A DNA stretch of 64,000 nucleotides from Gemmatimonadales bacterium (lineage in GTDB: Bacteria > Gemmatimonadota > Gemmatimonadetes > Gemmatimonadales > GWC2-71-9): positions 158 through 64,157 of the forward strand of contig JBBQXQ010000003.1 of assembly GCA_038209515.1 (NCBI GenBank), written 5' to 3'. This document shows positions 56,781 to 64,000 of the stretch, one piece after another (positions within the stretch are counted from its first letter, which is position 1; every line of letters starts with the position of its first letter). Made by a program: the position numbers and the translations under genes. The notes below the pieces were generated by a model. It was not told where the DNA came from, did not search any database, and was given only the letters and a program-made list of their open reading frames with translations.

Positions 56781-58060
56781 GCAGCGTTGCGTTCTGGCTG
56801 GCCGTGGATGCGGCCAGGACCTTTGCTGCTCTCGATCTGAACGCCCATTCGCTGGACGCGTTGGCGCGCCGGCGCCTGGGCCGGCTGCTGTCCTACTCGG
56901 CTCGGAACAACGCCTTCTACCAGCGCCGGTTCCAGGCAGCAGGCATCGAGTGGTCGGATCCGATCTTGCAAGTCGATCCGTATTGCGCGCTCGCGGCCCT
57001 GCCACCGGTCTCGAAGCTCGAGCTGCGGCAGGCCGGTTCCCAGGCTCTGGCCGGGGGCCGAGTCCACCCCAAGTGGCGTTCCTCCGCCTCGTCGGGGTCC
57101 ACCGGTGAGCCGTTCCGGGTTTACTACGAGCCCCGAGCCTGGGCCACGCTCAAGTACTCGGTCAAGCTCCGGGCGCGCCGGGCTTGCGGCGTCGGGCCGA
57201 CCGATCGGGTAGTCATACTCGATGCGGTCCCTCCCGAAACGACCGCGTCCAGACTGGAGCAGGCCATCGGCTGCGGCCGGATCAGCGTGCTGCAGCCTGC
57301 GTCGGCGGTGGCCGCGGCCCTGGTGGCATTCCGGCCGAGCGCGATCTACGGTCTTCCCTCTGCGCTGCACGAGGCGGCCCGGGCACTTCAAGCGCGAGGC
57401 GACCGTCTGCCCGTCAAGGCCGTGTTCACCAGCGGAGAGCTGCTCGATGGCTCGGCGCGGGCGCTGTTGGCAGGCGCCTTCCAGGCTCCCATCTACGACA
57501 TCTACGGCACGTCGGAGACGAAGGAGATTGCCTGGGAGTGCCCTCAAGGTGGCATGCATGTGAACAACGACGTGGTGCGGCTGGAGGTGTTGGACGACTC
57601 GGGGCAGGCACTGCCGGCAGGCGAGGAAGGCAATCTCGTGGCCACCCTGCTGGTCAACCGGGCCATGCCGCTCTTCCGCTATCTCACCGGCGATCGCGGC
57701 GCTCTCTTGTCGGGGACCTGTCCCTGCGGACGTTCCTCGCCGCTCCTTGGAGTTGTCACCGGGCGGGCGGCCGACGTCCTGATTCTTCGTGGCGGCCAGC
57801 GAATCTCTCCCTATGCGCTCACCTGCGCCCTGGAGCGAGTCAGCGGCCTGCTGCGCTACCAGGTGAGCCAGCTGGATCCCGCCCGAGTCAGGGTGCGGGC
57901 CATCCTCGAGGGCGCCGCCAACCGTGAGGCGATCGCCGACCAGATGCGAAGCGCCCTTCGGTTCGACGTGGCCCCGTTTCTCGACGCCGATGTGGAGTTT
58001 GTCGATCGGCTTCCGACCGGTCCGCGCGCCAAGTTCCGGGTGGTGGAGCCGCTCCGATGA
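56777..58060 (+). CDS. Adenylate-forming enzyme, PaaK / coenzyme F390 synthetase-like (paralog 1)
   Basis: The GTG 56777 start overlaps the upstream stop (GTGA). It carries the motifs SSGSTGEPF and YGTSET, and an N-terminal NNAFYQRRF typical of this family. Confidence 0.72.
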   Translation: MSSVAFWLAVDAARTFAALDLNAHSLDALARRRLGRLLSYSARNNAFYQRRFQAAGIEWSDPILQVDPYCALAALPPVSKLELRQAGSQALAGGRVHPKWRSSASSGSTGEPFRVYYEPRAWATLKYSVKLRARRACGVGPTDRVVILDAVPPETTASRLEQAIGCGRISVLQPASAVAAALVAFRPSAIYGLPSALHEAARALQARGDRLPVKAVFTSGELLDGSARALLAGAFQAPIYDIYGTSETKEIAWECPQGGMHVNNDVVRLEVLDDSGQALPAGEEGNLVATLLVNRAMPLFRYLTGDRGALLSGTCPCGRSSPLLGVVTGRAADVLILRGGQRISPYALTCALERVSGLLRYQVSQLDPARVRVRAILEGAANREAIADQMRSALRFDVAPFLDADVEFVDRLPTGPRAKFRVVEPLR

Positions 58061-59286
58061 CAGCTCCCGGAGCGATCGTCATCGGTGGCTACGCCAACGG
58101 GGTGAGCGCGCTGCGAGGTCTCGCGCGCGCGGGTGTGCGCACGGCCGTGATCCTGACCAAATCGCACGACATCGCCCAGCACTCCCGCTATGCCCATGAG
58201 GCTCACCGGGTCATGGATCTGCAGGAGCGCCCGGACGGCCTGCTCGAGCTGCTCGAGCGGCAGGCTCAGCGGTGGCGCGGGTGGGCGATCATTCCCGCCA
58301 ACGACTATGCGCTGACCGCACTGGCTCACCATCGCGAGCTGCTGTCGCGCTGGTATCGGGTCACCGTGCCGGACCAGGAGATCGTCCGCCGGGTGGTAGA
58401 CAAGGCGGAGACCCATCGCCTTGCCCGTGAAGTCGGGGTGGATGTCCCCCGATCGTATGGACCGGCGTCGCCGATGACCGCCAGTCGCGAGGACATCCTC
58501 TATCCCGTTGTGGTGAAGCCGCTGGAGAGTGCGCTGTTCTGGGAGACGTTCGGCAAGAAGCTGATCGTCGCGCGCAATCGAGCGGAGCTGATGGCGGCTG
58601 TTACCCAGATGCAACTGGCTGGAATCGAGGCCGAGGTGTTCGACCTGGTCCCCGGTTCGGATGGTCGCTTCTTCAACTACACCGTGTACATGGACCGGCA
58701 CAGTCAGCCGGTCGCCGAGTTCTCCTTCAGGAAGCTGCGCAAGGCGCCGCCGTTCTATGGCGTGGCGCGCGCGGCCGAGGTGGCCGACCTACCGGAGCTT
58801 CGCGAGCCGACGATCGCGCTCCTCCAGCGCGTCGGCTGGCAGGGCATGGCCAGCGCCGAGTACAAGCTGGATCCCCGTGACGGCCGCTATCGCCTCATGG
58901 AAATCAACGGCCGTTGCTTCCTGACTCACGGGCTTCCCACCCGTTGCGGCGTGAACTACCCGCTGCTCGCCTGGCGCGAACACGCCCTGGGTGAGACGGT
59001 CAGCGCCCAAGCCAACGACTGGCGGGGAGTCTGGCTTCATCTCCACGCCGACCTGCTGTATACCGCGGTACAGGAGCGGGGTCCGGACTGGAGTTGGGGC
59101 GACTTCTTCCGCAGCTACCGCGGACCCTGGGTGGATGCGGTCTGGTCTCCCGGCGATCCGATGCCATTCCTGGCCCAATGGGCCGGTACCCTGCGCAAAG
59201 GGGTGCGCGGCCTGCGGGACGCACGGCAGCTCGATGAGGTGCGACGCCGCTTTCAATCCATGCCCGCTACCATGTCGGAGGCCTGA
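58057..59286 (+). CDS. ATP-grasp domain protein (carboxylate-amine ligase type)
   Basis: An ATGA overlap joins it to the upstream gene. It has a pre-ATP-grasp Rossmann-like N-terminus (AIVIGGYANGVSALRGLARAG) and a central VVKPLES...EYKLDPRDGRYRLMEINGR pattern. Confidence 0.72.
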   Translation: MTAPGAIVIGGYANGVSALRGLARAGVRTAVILTKSHDIAQHSRYAHEAHRVMDLQERPDGLLELLERQAQRWRGWAIIPANDYALTALAHHRELLSRWYRVTVPDQEIVRRVVDKAETHRLAREVGVDVPRSYGPASPMTASREDILYPVVVKPLESALFWETFGKKLIVARNRAELMAAVTQMQLAGIEAEVFDLVPGSDGRFFNYTVYMDRHSQPVAEFSFRKLRKAPPFYGVARAAEVADLPELREPTIALLQRVGWQGMASAEYKLDPRDGRYRLMEINGRCFLTHGLPTRCGVNYPLLAWREHALGETVSAQANDWRGVWLHLHADLLYTAVQERGPDWSWGDFFRSYRGPWVDAVWSPGDPMPFLAQWAGTLRKGVRGLRDARQLDEVRRRFQSMPATMSEA

Positions 59287-59314
59287 TGAAACGTGCCGTG
59301 GAGGAAGTCGCCGG

Positions 59315-60640
59315 ATGAGCGGCCCGCAGTTCGTCCAGACCGCCTGGGCTGTTCAGCGCCACTCGCGAGCTACTCGGGCGGAGGTGAAGGCCTTTCAGGA
59401 CGCCCATCTCCGGCGCCTGGTGCTGCACGCCTACGAAAACGTCCCCTACTACCGAAGGTTGTTCGACCGGCATCGGCTGCACCCCCGGCACATTCGCGGA
59501 ACGGTTGACCTCGATCTGATTCCCATCAGCTCGAAGCAGGCCATGCGCGAACGGCCGAGCCACGAGCTATTCGATCGCACCGTGGACCAGGGAAGGCTGC
59601 TGACGGTCTGCACCAGCGGCTCCACCGGCGAGCCGTTCATGATTCGGCGGACGTGGCTGGAGCAGGCCTTCAACGTGCTTTTCCGGCTGCGGTGTCAGCG
59701 ATCCTTCGGGCTCGGGCTCACCGAGCGTATCATGGCCGTGCGACGGGGGCGCGGTCACGATCCGAAAGACACCAAGCTGGTGGGCCGCTTGCTTCAGGCG
59801 GCCGGCATTCACCCGACGCTCAGAATCGACGGCCTGGTGCAGCCGCCGGAAGAGGTGGTGCGCCAGCTGGAGACGTTCCGGCCTCACCTCCTGGTGGCAT
59901 TGCCGAGTATCTTATGCCTCACGGCCGACTACCTGCTCGCCCAGGGGCGGCGGGACATCCGGCCCCGCATCCTCGCCGTTGGCGGTGAAGTCCTCACGCC
60001 GCTCATGCGCTGCCGCCTTACCCAGGCGTTCGGCGTCGAGCCGGTCCAGACCTACGCCAGCCACGAATTTCCGCTCATGGGTTGGGAGTGCGGGGTGTCC
60101 GGCGAGCTCCACACCTGCGACGACGGCGTGATCTTAGAAGTAATGCGCGACGGGCGGCCGGCCGCGGCCGGCGAGGAAGGCGAGGTGGTCGTCACCAACC
60201 TTCACGCCTATGCCATGCCCTTCATCCGTTATCGGCTGGCCGACGTGGTGACACGCGGCTCCGACCAATGCGCCTGTGGGCAGCCGTTCTCGACCATCCG
60301 CGCGATCCAGGGGCGCATGAACGACTACTTCTCGCTGCCGGACGGGCGCCGCATGCACCCGTACCGCATCCTCGAAAGACTCCTCCCGGAGGATGACATC
60401 TGGATTCGGCAATATCAGCTGCTGCAGGACCGTCCCGACCGTATCGTGATGCAGGTCGTTCCCTCACGGCCGCCGACGGCGGAGCTGCAAGAGCGGGTCG
60501 CCCGGGCGATATCGCCGCTGCTCGGCCCCGGGATCGAGTTCCAGGTCCGCATCGTCGAGGCCATTCCTCTGGGAAGCGGTGGCAAGTATCGCCATTCGCG
60601 ATCACTGGTCGCATCGATGTACGAGCCGAGCCGGGTCTGA
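59315..60640 (+). CDS. Adenylate-forming enzyme, PaaK / coenzyme F390 synthetase-like (paralog 2)
   Basis: The start is set to ATG 59315. It carries ENVPYYRRLF, TSGSTGEPF and YASHEF. It has the same architecture as 56777..58060 but is clearly diverged. Confidence 0.72.
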   Translation: MSGPQFVQTAWAVQRHSRATRAEVKAFQDAHLRRLVLHAYENVPYYRRLFDRHRLHPRHIRGTVDLDLIPISSKQAMRERPSHELFDRTVDQGRLLTVCTSGSTGEPFMIRRTWLEQAFNVLFRLRCQRSFGLGLTERIMAVRRGRGHDPKDTKLVGRLLQAAGIHPTLRIDGLVQPPEEVVRQLETFRPHLLVALPSILCLTADYLLAQGRRDIRPRILAVGGEVLTPLMRCRLTQAFGVEPVQTYASHEFPLMGWECGVSGELHTCDDGVILEVMRDGRPAAAGEEGEVVVTNLHAYAMPFIRYRLADVVTRGSDQCACGQPFSTIRAIQGRMNDYFSLPDGRRMHPYRILERLLPEDDIWIRQYQLLQDRPDRIVMQVVPSRPPTAELQERVARAISPLLGPGIEFQVRIVEAIPLGSGGKYRHSRSLVASMYEPSRV

Positions 60641-60647
60641 CGCTGAC

Positions 60648-61847
60648 ATGACCGCCGTCCACGCTCCATCCGCTGTCGCTCGCGATGAGCTGATCGTACT
60701 CGGCGGAGCGGACCGGCTTCAAGCCGAAGAGTGGAACCAGCTCGCCCGGCGGGGATTCCACCTGCACCAGTGGTTTACCGCGGCCGAGCGGTCCGGCTGG
60801 AACCCGAGGCATCTGGCGGTGCGGGGTGCGAGCGGTCTCAAGACCATCATCCCGGCCTATCTGGTCGGACCGGGGACACCCCACGATCTGCACCACCGGT
60901 GGCTGGGACCACTGCGTGACGTTGCCTCCTATGTCGGCATCCGCCTCCAGCCCGTGCTCTCCGTCCAGGCGCCGTTCGCCCACGTCTCCCAGCCGCTGGG
61001 CAACTCGAGCGGGCTCTCCAACGCGATCCTGCACGAGATCTTTTACGCCCTGGAGCAGACCGCCGAACGGGAGGGCGCCAAGGCGGTGGCCTGGCCATTC
61101 GTGGATACCTATTGCGACCGCCTCATCGACGTCGCCCGGGCTCGGGGTTACGCGGTGCTGTACTCCGGTGCCACGGCAACGATGCGGGTACGGTGGTCCT
61201 CGTTTGATGAGTATGTCGCCAGCCGAAGCAAGAACGTGCGCCGAACCATCCTGGCTGACATCGCCTCCATCGGCGCCGCCGGCCTTCGGACCACGCTGGC
61301 CAGCGATTTCGACCGCGACGCCTCCCACATGGACCGTCTGTACCGCGATGCTTTTCGCAGCCGGCACGGAGGCGAGTCGCCGGTTGCCCCCCATCTCTTT
61401 CAGCAGCTCGGCCGGCGGCAGACTCCGGAGATCTTCGCGCACCTCGCCTGGCACGGCGACCGCCTGGTGGGAACCAGCCTGAATCTCTTCACCCCCGAAC
61501 GACTGGATGGGACCTTCGCTGCCTTCAGCCCGGAGCATCGTACCAGCGGTGTGTTCTACAACGATCTCTGCTACGAGCCCCTTCGGGTGGCAATCCGGGA
61601 GGGCGTCTCCCACATCGACCTGGGGCCCAACGCGCTCTATGCCAAGGTGCTCCGCGGCGCGGTGCTTCAGCGCAGGATGATTCTGATTCGGGGGATCACG
61701 CCACGCAGGCATCGTATGCTGTCCATGCTCGGCCACCTGGTTGCCGGCCGGATCCAGCAGCAGGAGCGGAAAGCGCTGGGATCGCTCTGGGGCCCGCGGT
61801 GTTTCGTGGAAGAGAAAGAGGCGGCAGGGGCGGAGCACGACCGTTGA
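60648..61847 (+). CDS. FemAB-like / DUF482-type GNAT-fold acyltransferase
   Basis: The start is set to ATG 60648. The roughly 400-aa length and the blocks (HLHQWFTAAE, LSVQAPF, FDEYVASRSKNVRRTI, LYAKVLRGA) recall FemAB-related proteins found in exopolysaccharide loci. This is from memory and not searched. Confidence 0.62.
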   Translation: MTAVHAPSAVARDELIVLGGADRLQAEEWNQLARRGFHLHQWFTAAERSGWNPRHLAVRGASGLKTIIPAYLVGPGTPHDLHHRWLGPLRDVASYVGIRLQPVLSVQAPFAHVSQPLGNSSGLSNAILHEIFYALEQTAEREGAKAVAWPFVDTYCDRLIDVARARGYAVLYSGATATMRVRWSSFDEYVASRSKNVRRTILADIASIGAAGLRTTLASDFDRDASHMDRLYRDAFRSRHGGESPVAPHLFQQLGRRQTPEIFAHLAWHGDRLVGTSLNLFTPERLDGTFAAFSPEHRTSGVFYNDLCYEPLRVAIREGVSHIDLGPNALYAKVLRGAVLQRRMILIRGITPRRHRMLSMLGHLVAGRIQQQERKALGSLWGPRCFVEEKEAAGAEHDR

Positions 61848-63307
61848 CCAGCACCGAGATATCCCTCTCCATCCCCAACACGGGGCGGGCTCGTCCGCAC
61901 CAGGGGTTGTTGCGCCGGATCGCGGCCTACGGTCTGTCCCGGGGGACCACGGAGATCCTCGTAGTCCTTCGCTCGGTCCTGCTGGCCGCCCTCCTGGGGC
62001 CGGCGGCGTTCGGAACCTGGGCGCTCCTCCGGATGGGCATGCGCTACTCTGGGCTGGCCGGCCTCGGCGTGTTCCGTGGCCTCGAGGTCGAGCTGCTCCA
62101 TGCGGATGCGAAGGGAATTGCCCGCCGGCACGACTCGCCTGCCGCCACGGCGCTCGGCTTCATCCTGCTGGTCGGCGGAGGTCTCTCCGCCCTTGCCATC
62201 GCCGCCAGCTTCGCCGTGCCCGACACTCACTACCGGCTCCTGCTCCGCGGGTTTGCCGTCGCCAGCCTGGCCGAGCTGATCTACGGCTATGCGATGGTCT
62301 GTATCCGGGTTCGCAGCGGACTGCGCCACTTCGCCGTTCTGGAGACCGGTACCGCGGTGTTTCACGTGCTGCTGGCGGTCGGCCTGGCCCGGATCTGGGG
62401 ATTGGCCGGTGCGTTTGCCGGCCTCGCGGCAGGCAACCTGATCGGTATCGCGGTCGCGGCACGGTGGGTGTCCCTCCGTCCGGCACTGGCCATGGAGCCG
62501 TTGCGCCGCCTGTTGCACGTGGGGTTGCCGGTCGCGCTCACCAGCTGCGTGGGCATTCTGCTGGTGACATCCGATCGGTGGGTGGTGGCGTTCTGGGGTG
62601 GCCCGACGATGCTCGGGTATTACGCCCTGGGTGCGTCCGGCACCTCCGGCGCTGCCGCCCTGGCGCTGGTGATCCGGCAGGTCGTGTTCCGCGAGGTCTA
62701 CGGCGAAACATTTTCGGCCGGTGCCGCCACGGCGCTGCGAGCCCATCTCGAGCGCGCGCTGCTCCCCTTCGCGCGACTGCTGCCGCCGGTGCTCGGTGCC
62801 CTCGGACTGCTCGCGGGGCCGGTGGTGGCGCGGGTGCTGCCGGGCTACACGGCTGCGATCGCGCCGGCCCGCCTGTTCGTGCTGGCCGGAGCAGCCATCG
62901 GGCTGGTGAATCTGGCGGCCGTCGGCGCGGTGGCCGCCGGCCAGCAGCGCCGCCTTCCGATGTACGCGGGCGGCGCACTCGCGGTCACCACCATTCTCTC
63001 GGTGCTCGCGCTGTTGGGCGGAGCCGGTCTCGAGGGTGTGGCGGCTGCGGCGCTCGTGGGCCATTTGTCGTACGCCGCGGCGGTCCTCCGGCTCATCGTC
63101 AGGGAGTCGGGTACGCCCCACGCGGATCGCTTCGTCCTCAGCACGCTGCTGCCGCTGGTGTGGTGCGCGGTTGCGGTTGCGGTTGCCGGCCGGTTGGTAG
63201 TGGACTACACGATAGCGTCCGCTGTGCTCGGGCTCGGCGTGTACGTGCTTCTCCTGCTCCCGCTGGGGGCCGGGTGGCGCACCGAGTGGAGGAGACTGCT
63301 ATACTAA
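61844..63307 (+). CDS. Polysaccharide biosynthesis / flippase-like (MOP superfamily) membrane protein
   Basis: The TTG 61844 start overlaps the upstream stop (TTGA). About 12-14 hydrophobic helices are present, with the N-terminal pattern GTTEILVVLRSVLLAALLGPAAFG. Confidence 0.68.
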   Translation: MTSTEISLSIPNTGRARPHQGLLRRIAAYGLSRGTTEILVVLRSVLLAALLGPAAFGTWALLRMGMRYSGLAGLGVFRGLEVELLHADAKGIARRHDSPAATALGFILLVGGGLSALAIAASFAVPDTHYRLLLRGFAVASLAELIYGYAMVCIRVRSGLRHFAVLETGTAVFHVLLAVGLARIWGLAGAFAGLAAGNLIGIAVAARWVSLRPALAMEPLRRLLHVGLPVALTSCVGILLVTSDRWVVAFWGGPTMLGYYALGASGTSGAAALALVIRQVVFREVYGETFSAGAATALRAHLERALLPFARLLPPVLGALGLLAGPVVARVLPGYTAAIAPARLFVLAGAAIGLVNLAAVGAVAAGQQRRLPMYAGGALAVTTILSVLALLGGAGLEGVAAAALVGHLSYAAAVLRLIVRESGTPHADRFVLSTLLPLVWCAVAVAVAGRLVVDYTIASAVLGLGVYVLLLLPLGAGWRTEWRRLLY

Positions 63308-63311
63308 GGAA

Positions 63312-63341
63312 TTGACATTCCGACTTCCTTAGTCGTAATTT
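63312..63341 (+). promoter_or_regulatory. Candidate sigma-70 type promoter with a leader of about 200 nt before the sulfurtransferase gene
   Basis: TTGACA (63312-63317) is separated by 18 nt from TAATTT (63336-63341). Confidence 0.45.
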
Positions 63342-63544
63342 GGAAAACCGAATCTCACTGATGCCAACCATGCCGCGTCTCTCCTGCTGCTGTACCACCG
63401 AGCCACCTCGGCTCGAGGGGGAGACAGCCGCGACGCGCTGATCGCAGGGCGCTTTCAGAATTCCGCCGGCCGCACCTCCCCCGAGGACCGCGGCCGGTAT
63501 GCGTTTGGGACGGATAGAGATGCAAGCCTACTAAGGAGAGAGTC

Positions 63545-64000
63545 ATGACACAGGTACAATCGATTCCCGCGGTCACCCCGATCGAGAAGCGCGGGTATGC
63601 CCACCCTGAGGTGCTGGTCTCGACCGCCTGGGTGGACCAGCATCTGAGCGACCCCAAGGTCCGGCTGGTGGAGTCCAACGAGGACCTCCTGCTCTACGAC
63701 ACCGGGCACATCCCGGGAGCGGTGAAGATCGACTGGACCAACGATCTCAACGATCCGGTGGTGCGCGACTACGTGGATCGGGAGAAGCTCGAGCGCCTGC
63801 TCCGCGAGAGAGGGATCAACCAGGACAGCACCATCGTGTTCTATGGCGACAAGAACAACTGGTGGGCGACGTACGCGCTGTGGGTGCTCCAGCTCTTCGG
63901 GGTGAAGAACGTGAAGGTGATGGACGGCGGCCGGTTGCGCTGGGTGGACGAGGGGAGACCGTTGACCACCGACCAGCCCAAGTACCGGGAGGGGAACATC
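63545..64000 (+). CDS. Rhodanese-domain thiosulfate/3-mercaptopyruvate sulfurtransferase (3'-partial)
   Basis: Translated by hand from ATG 63545 (AAGGAGAG upstream): [64 protein letters not shown].... The frame is open to the window end. Confidence 0.85.
   Translation, partial: MTQVQSIPAVTPIEKRGYAHPEVLVSTAWVDQHLSDPKVRLVESNEDLLLYDTGHIPGAVKIDWTNDLNDPVVRDYVDREKLERLLRERGINQDSTIVFYGDKNNWWATYALWVLQLFGVKNVKVMDGGRLRWVDEGRPLTTDQPKYREGNI

Overview
This is a visibly GC-rich bacterial chromosomal segment centred on the replication-origin neighbourhood. The protein styles resemble Gemmatimonadota or Acidobacteriota-type soil bacteria, but I could not verify that here. Reading left to right, the window holds: a 5'-partial TPR protein, rnpB (RNase P RNA), two paralogous lipoproteins, dnaN and dnaA on the minus strand, then divergently rpmH-rnpA-yidD-yidC-mnmE. 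A long minus-strand housekeeping run follows (rhomboid, ddl, cystathionine beta-synthase, TonB-like, mutS). Next come a solute-binding-like / histidine kinase / sigma-54 activator operon, holA, upp and tRNA-Phe. After tRNA-Phe there is a roughly 9 kb stretch rich in gene fragments (integrase, M48 peptidase, histidine kinase, RND pump, GbsR-like regulator, MFS transporter). The right third carries proteases (HtrA, M1, M28), otsAB, a POT transporter and a tightly coupled six-gene operon (55.5-63.3 kb: GT4, two adenylate-forming ligase paralogs, ATP-grasp, FemAB-like GNAT, flippase). I found no rRNA, CRISPR array or intact mobile element. Most long opposite-strand ORFs in the supplied track are GC-driven shadow ORFs. 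The signals most worth a second look are these. (1) A two-copy palindromic element built from 9-nt GRCGGAGAR units: one copy lies between the dnaA and rpmH promoters, and the other bridges holA in-frame into a TPR/SPOR protein with no stop codon. (2) The ligase/ATP-grasp/FemAB-like operon. (3) A candidate sigma-54 circuit. (4) The origin architecture in the dnaA-dnaN spacer. (5) The decay zone beside tRNA-Phe. All functional calls rest on reading motifs by eye; no database search was possible.
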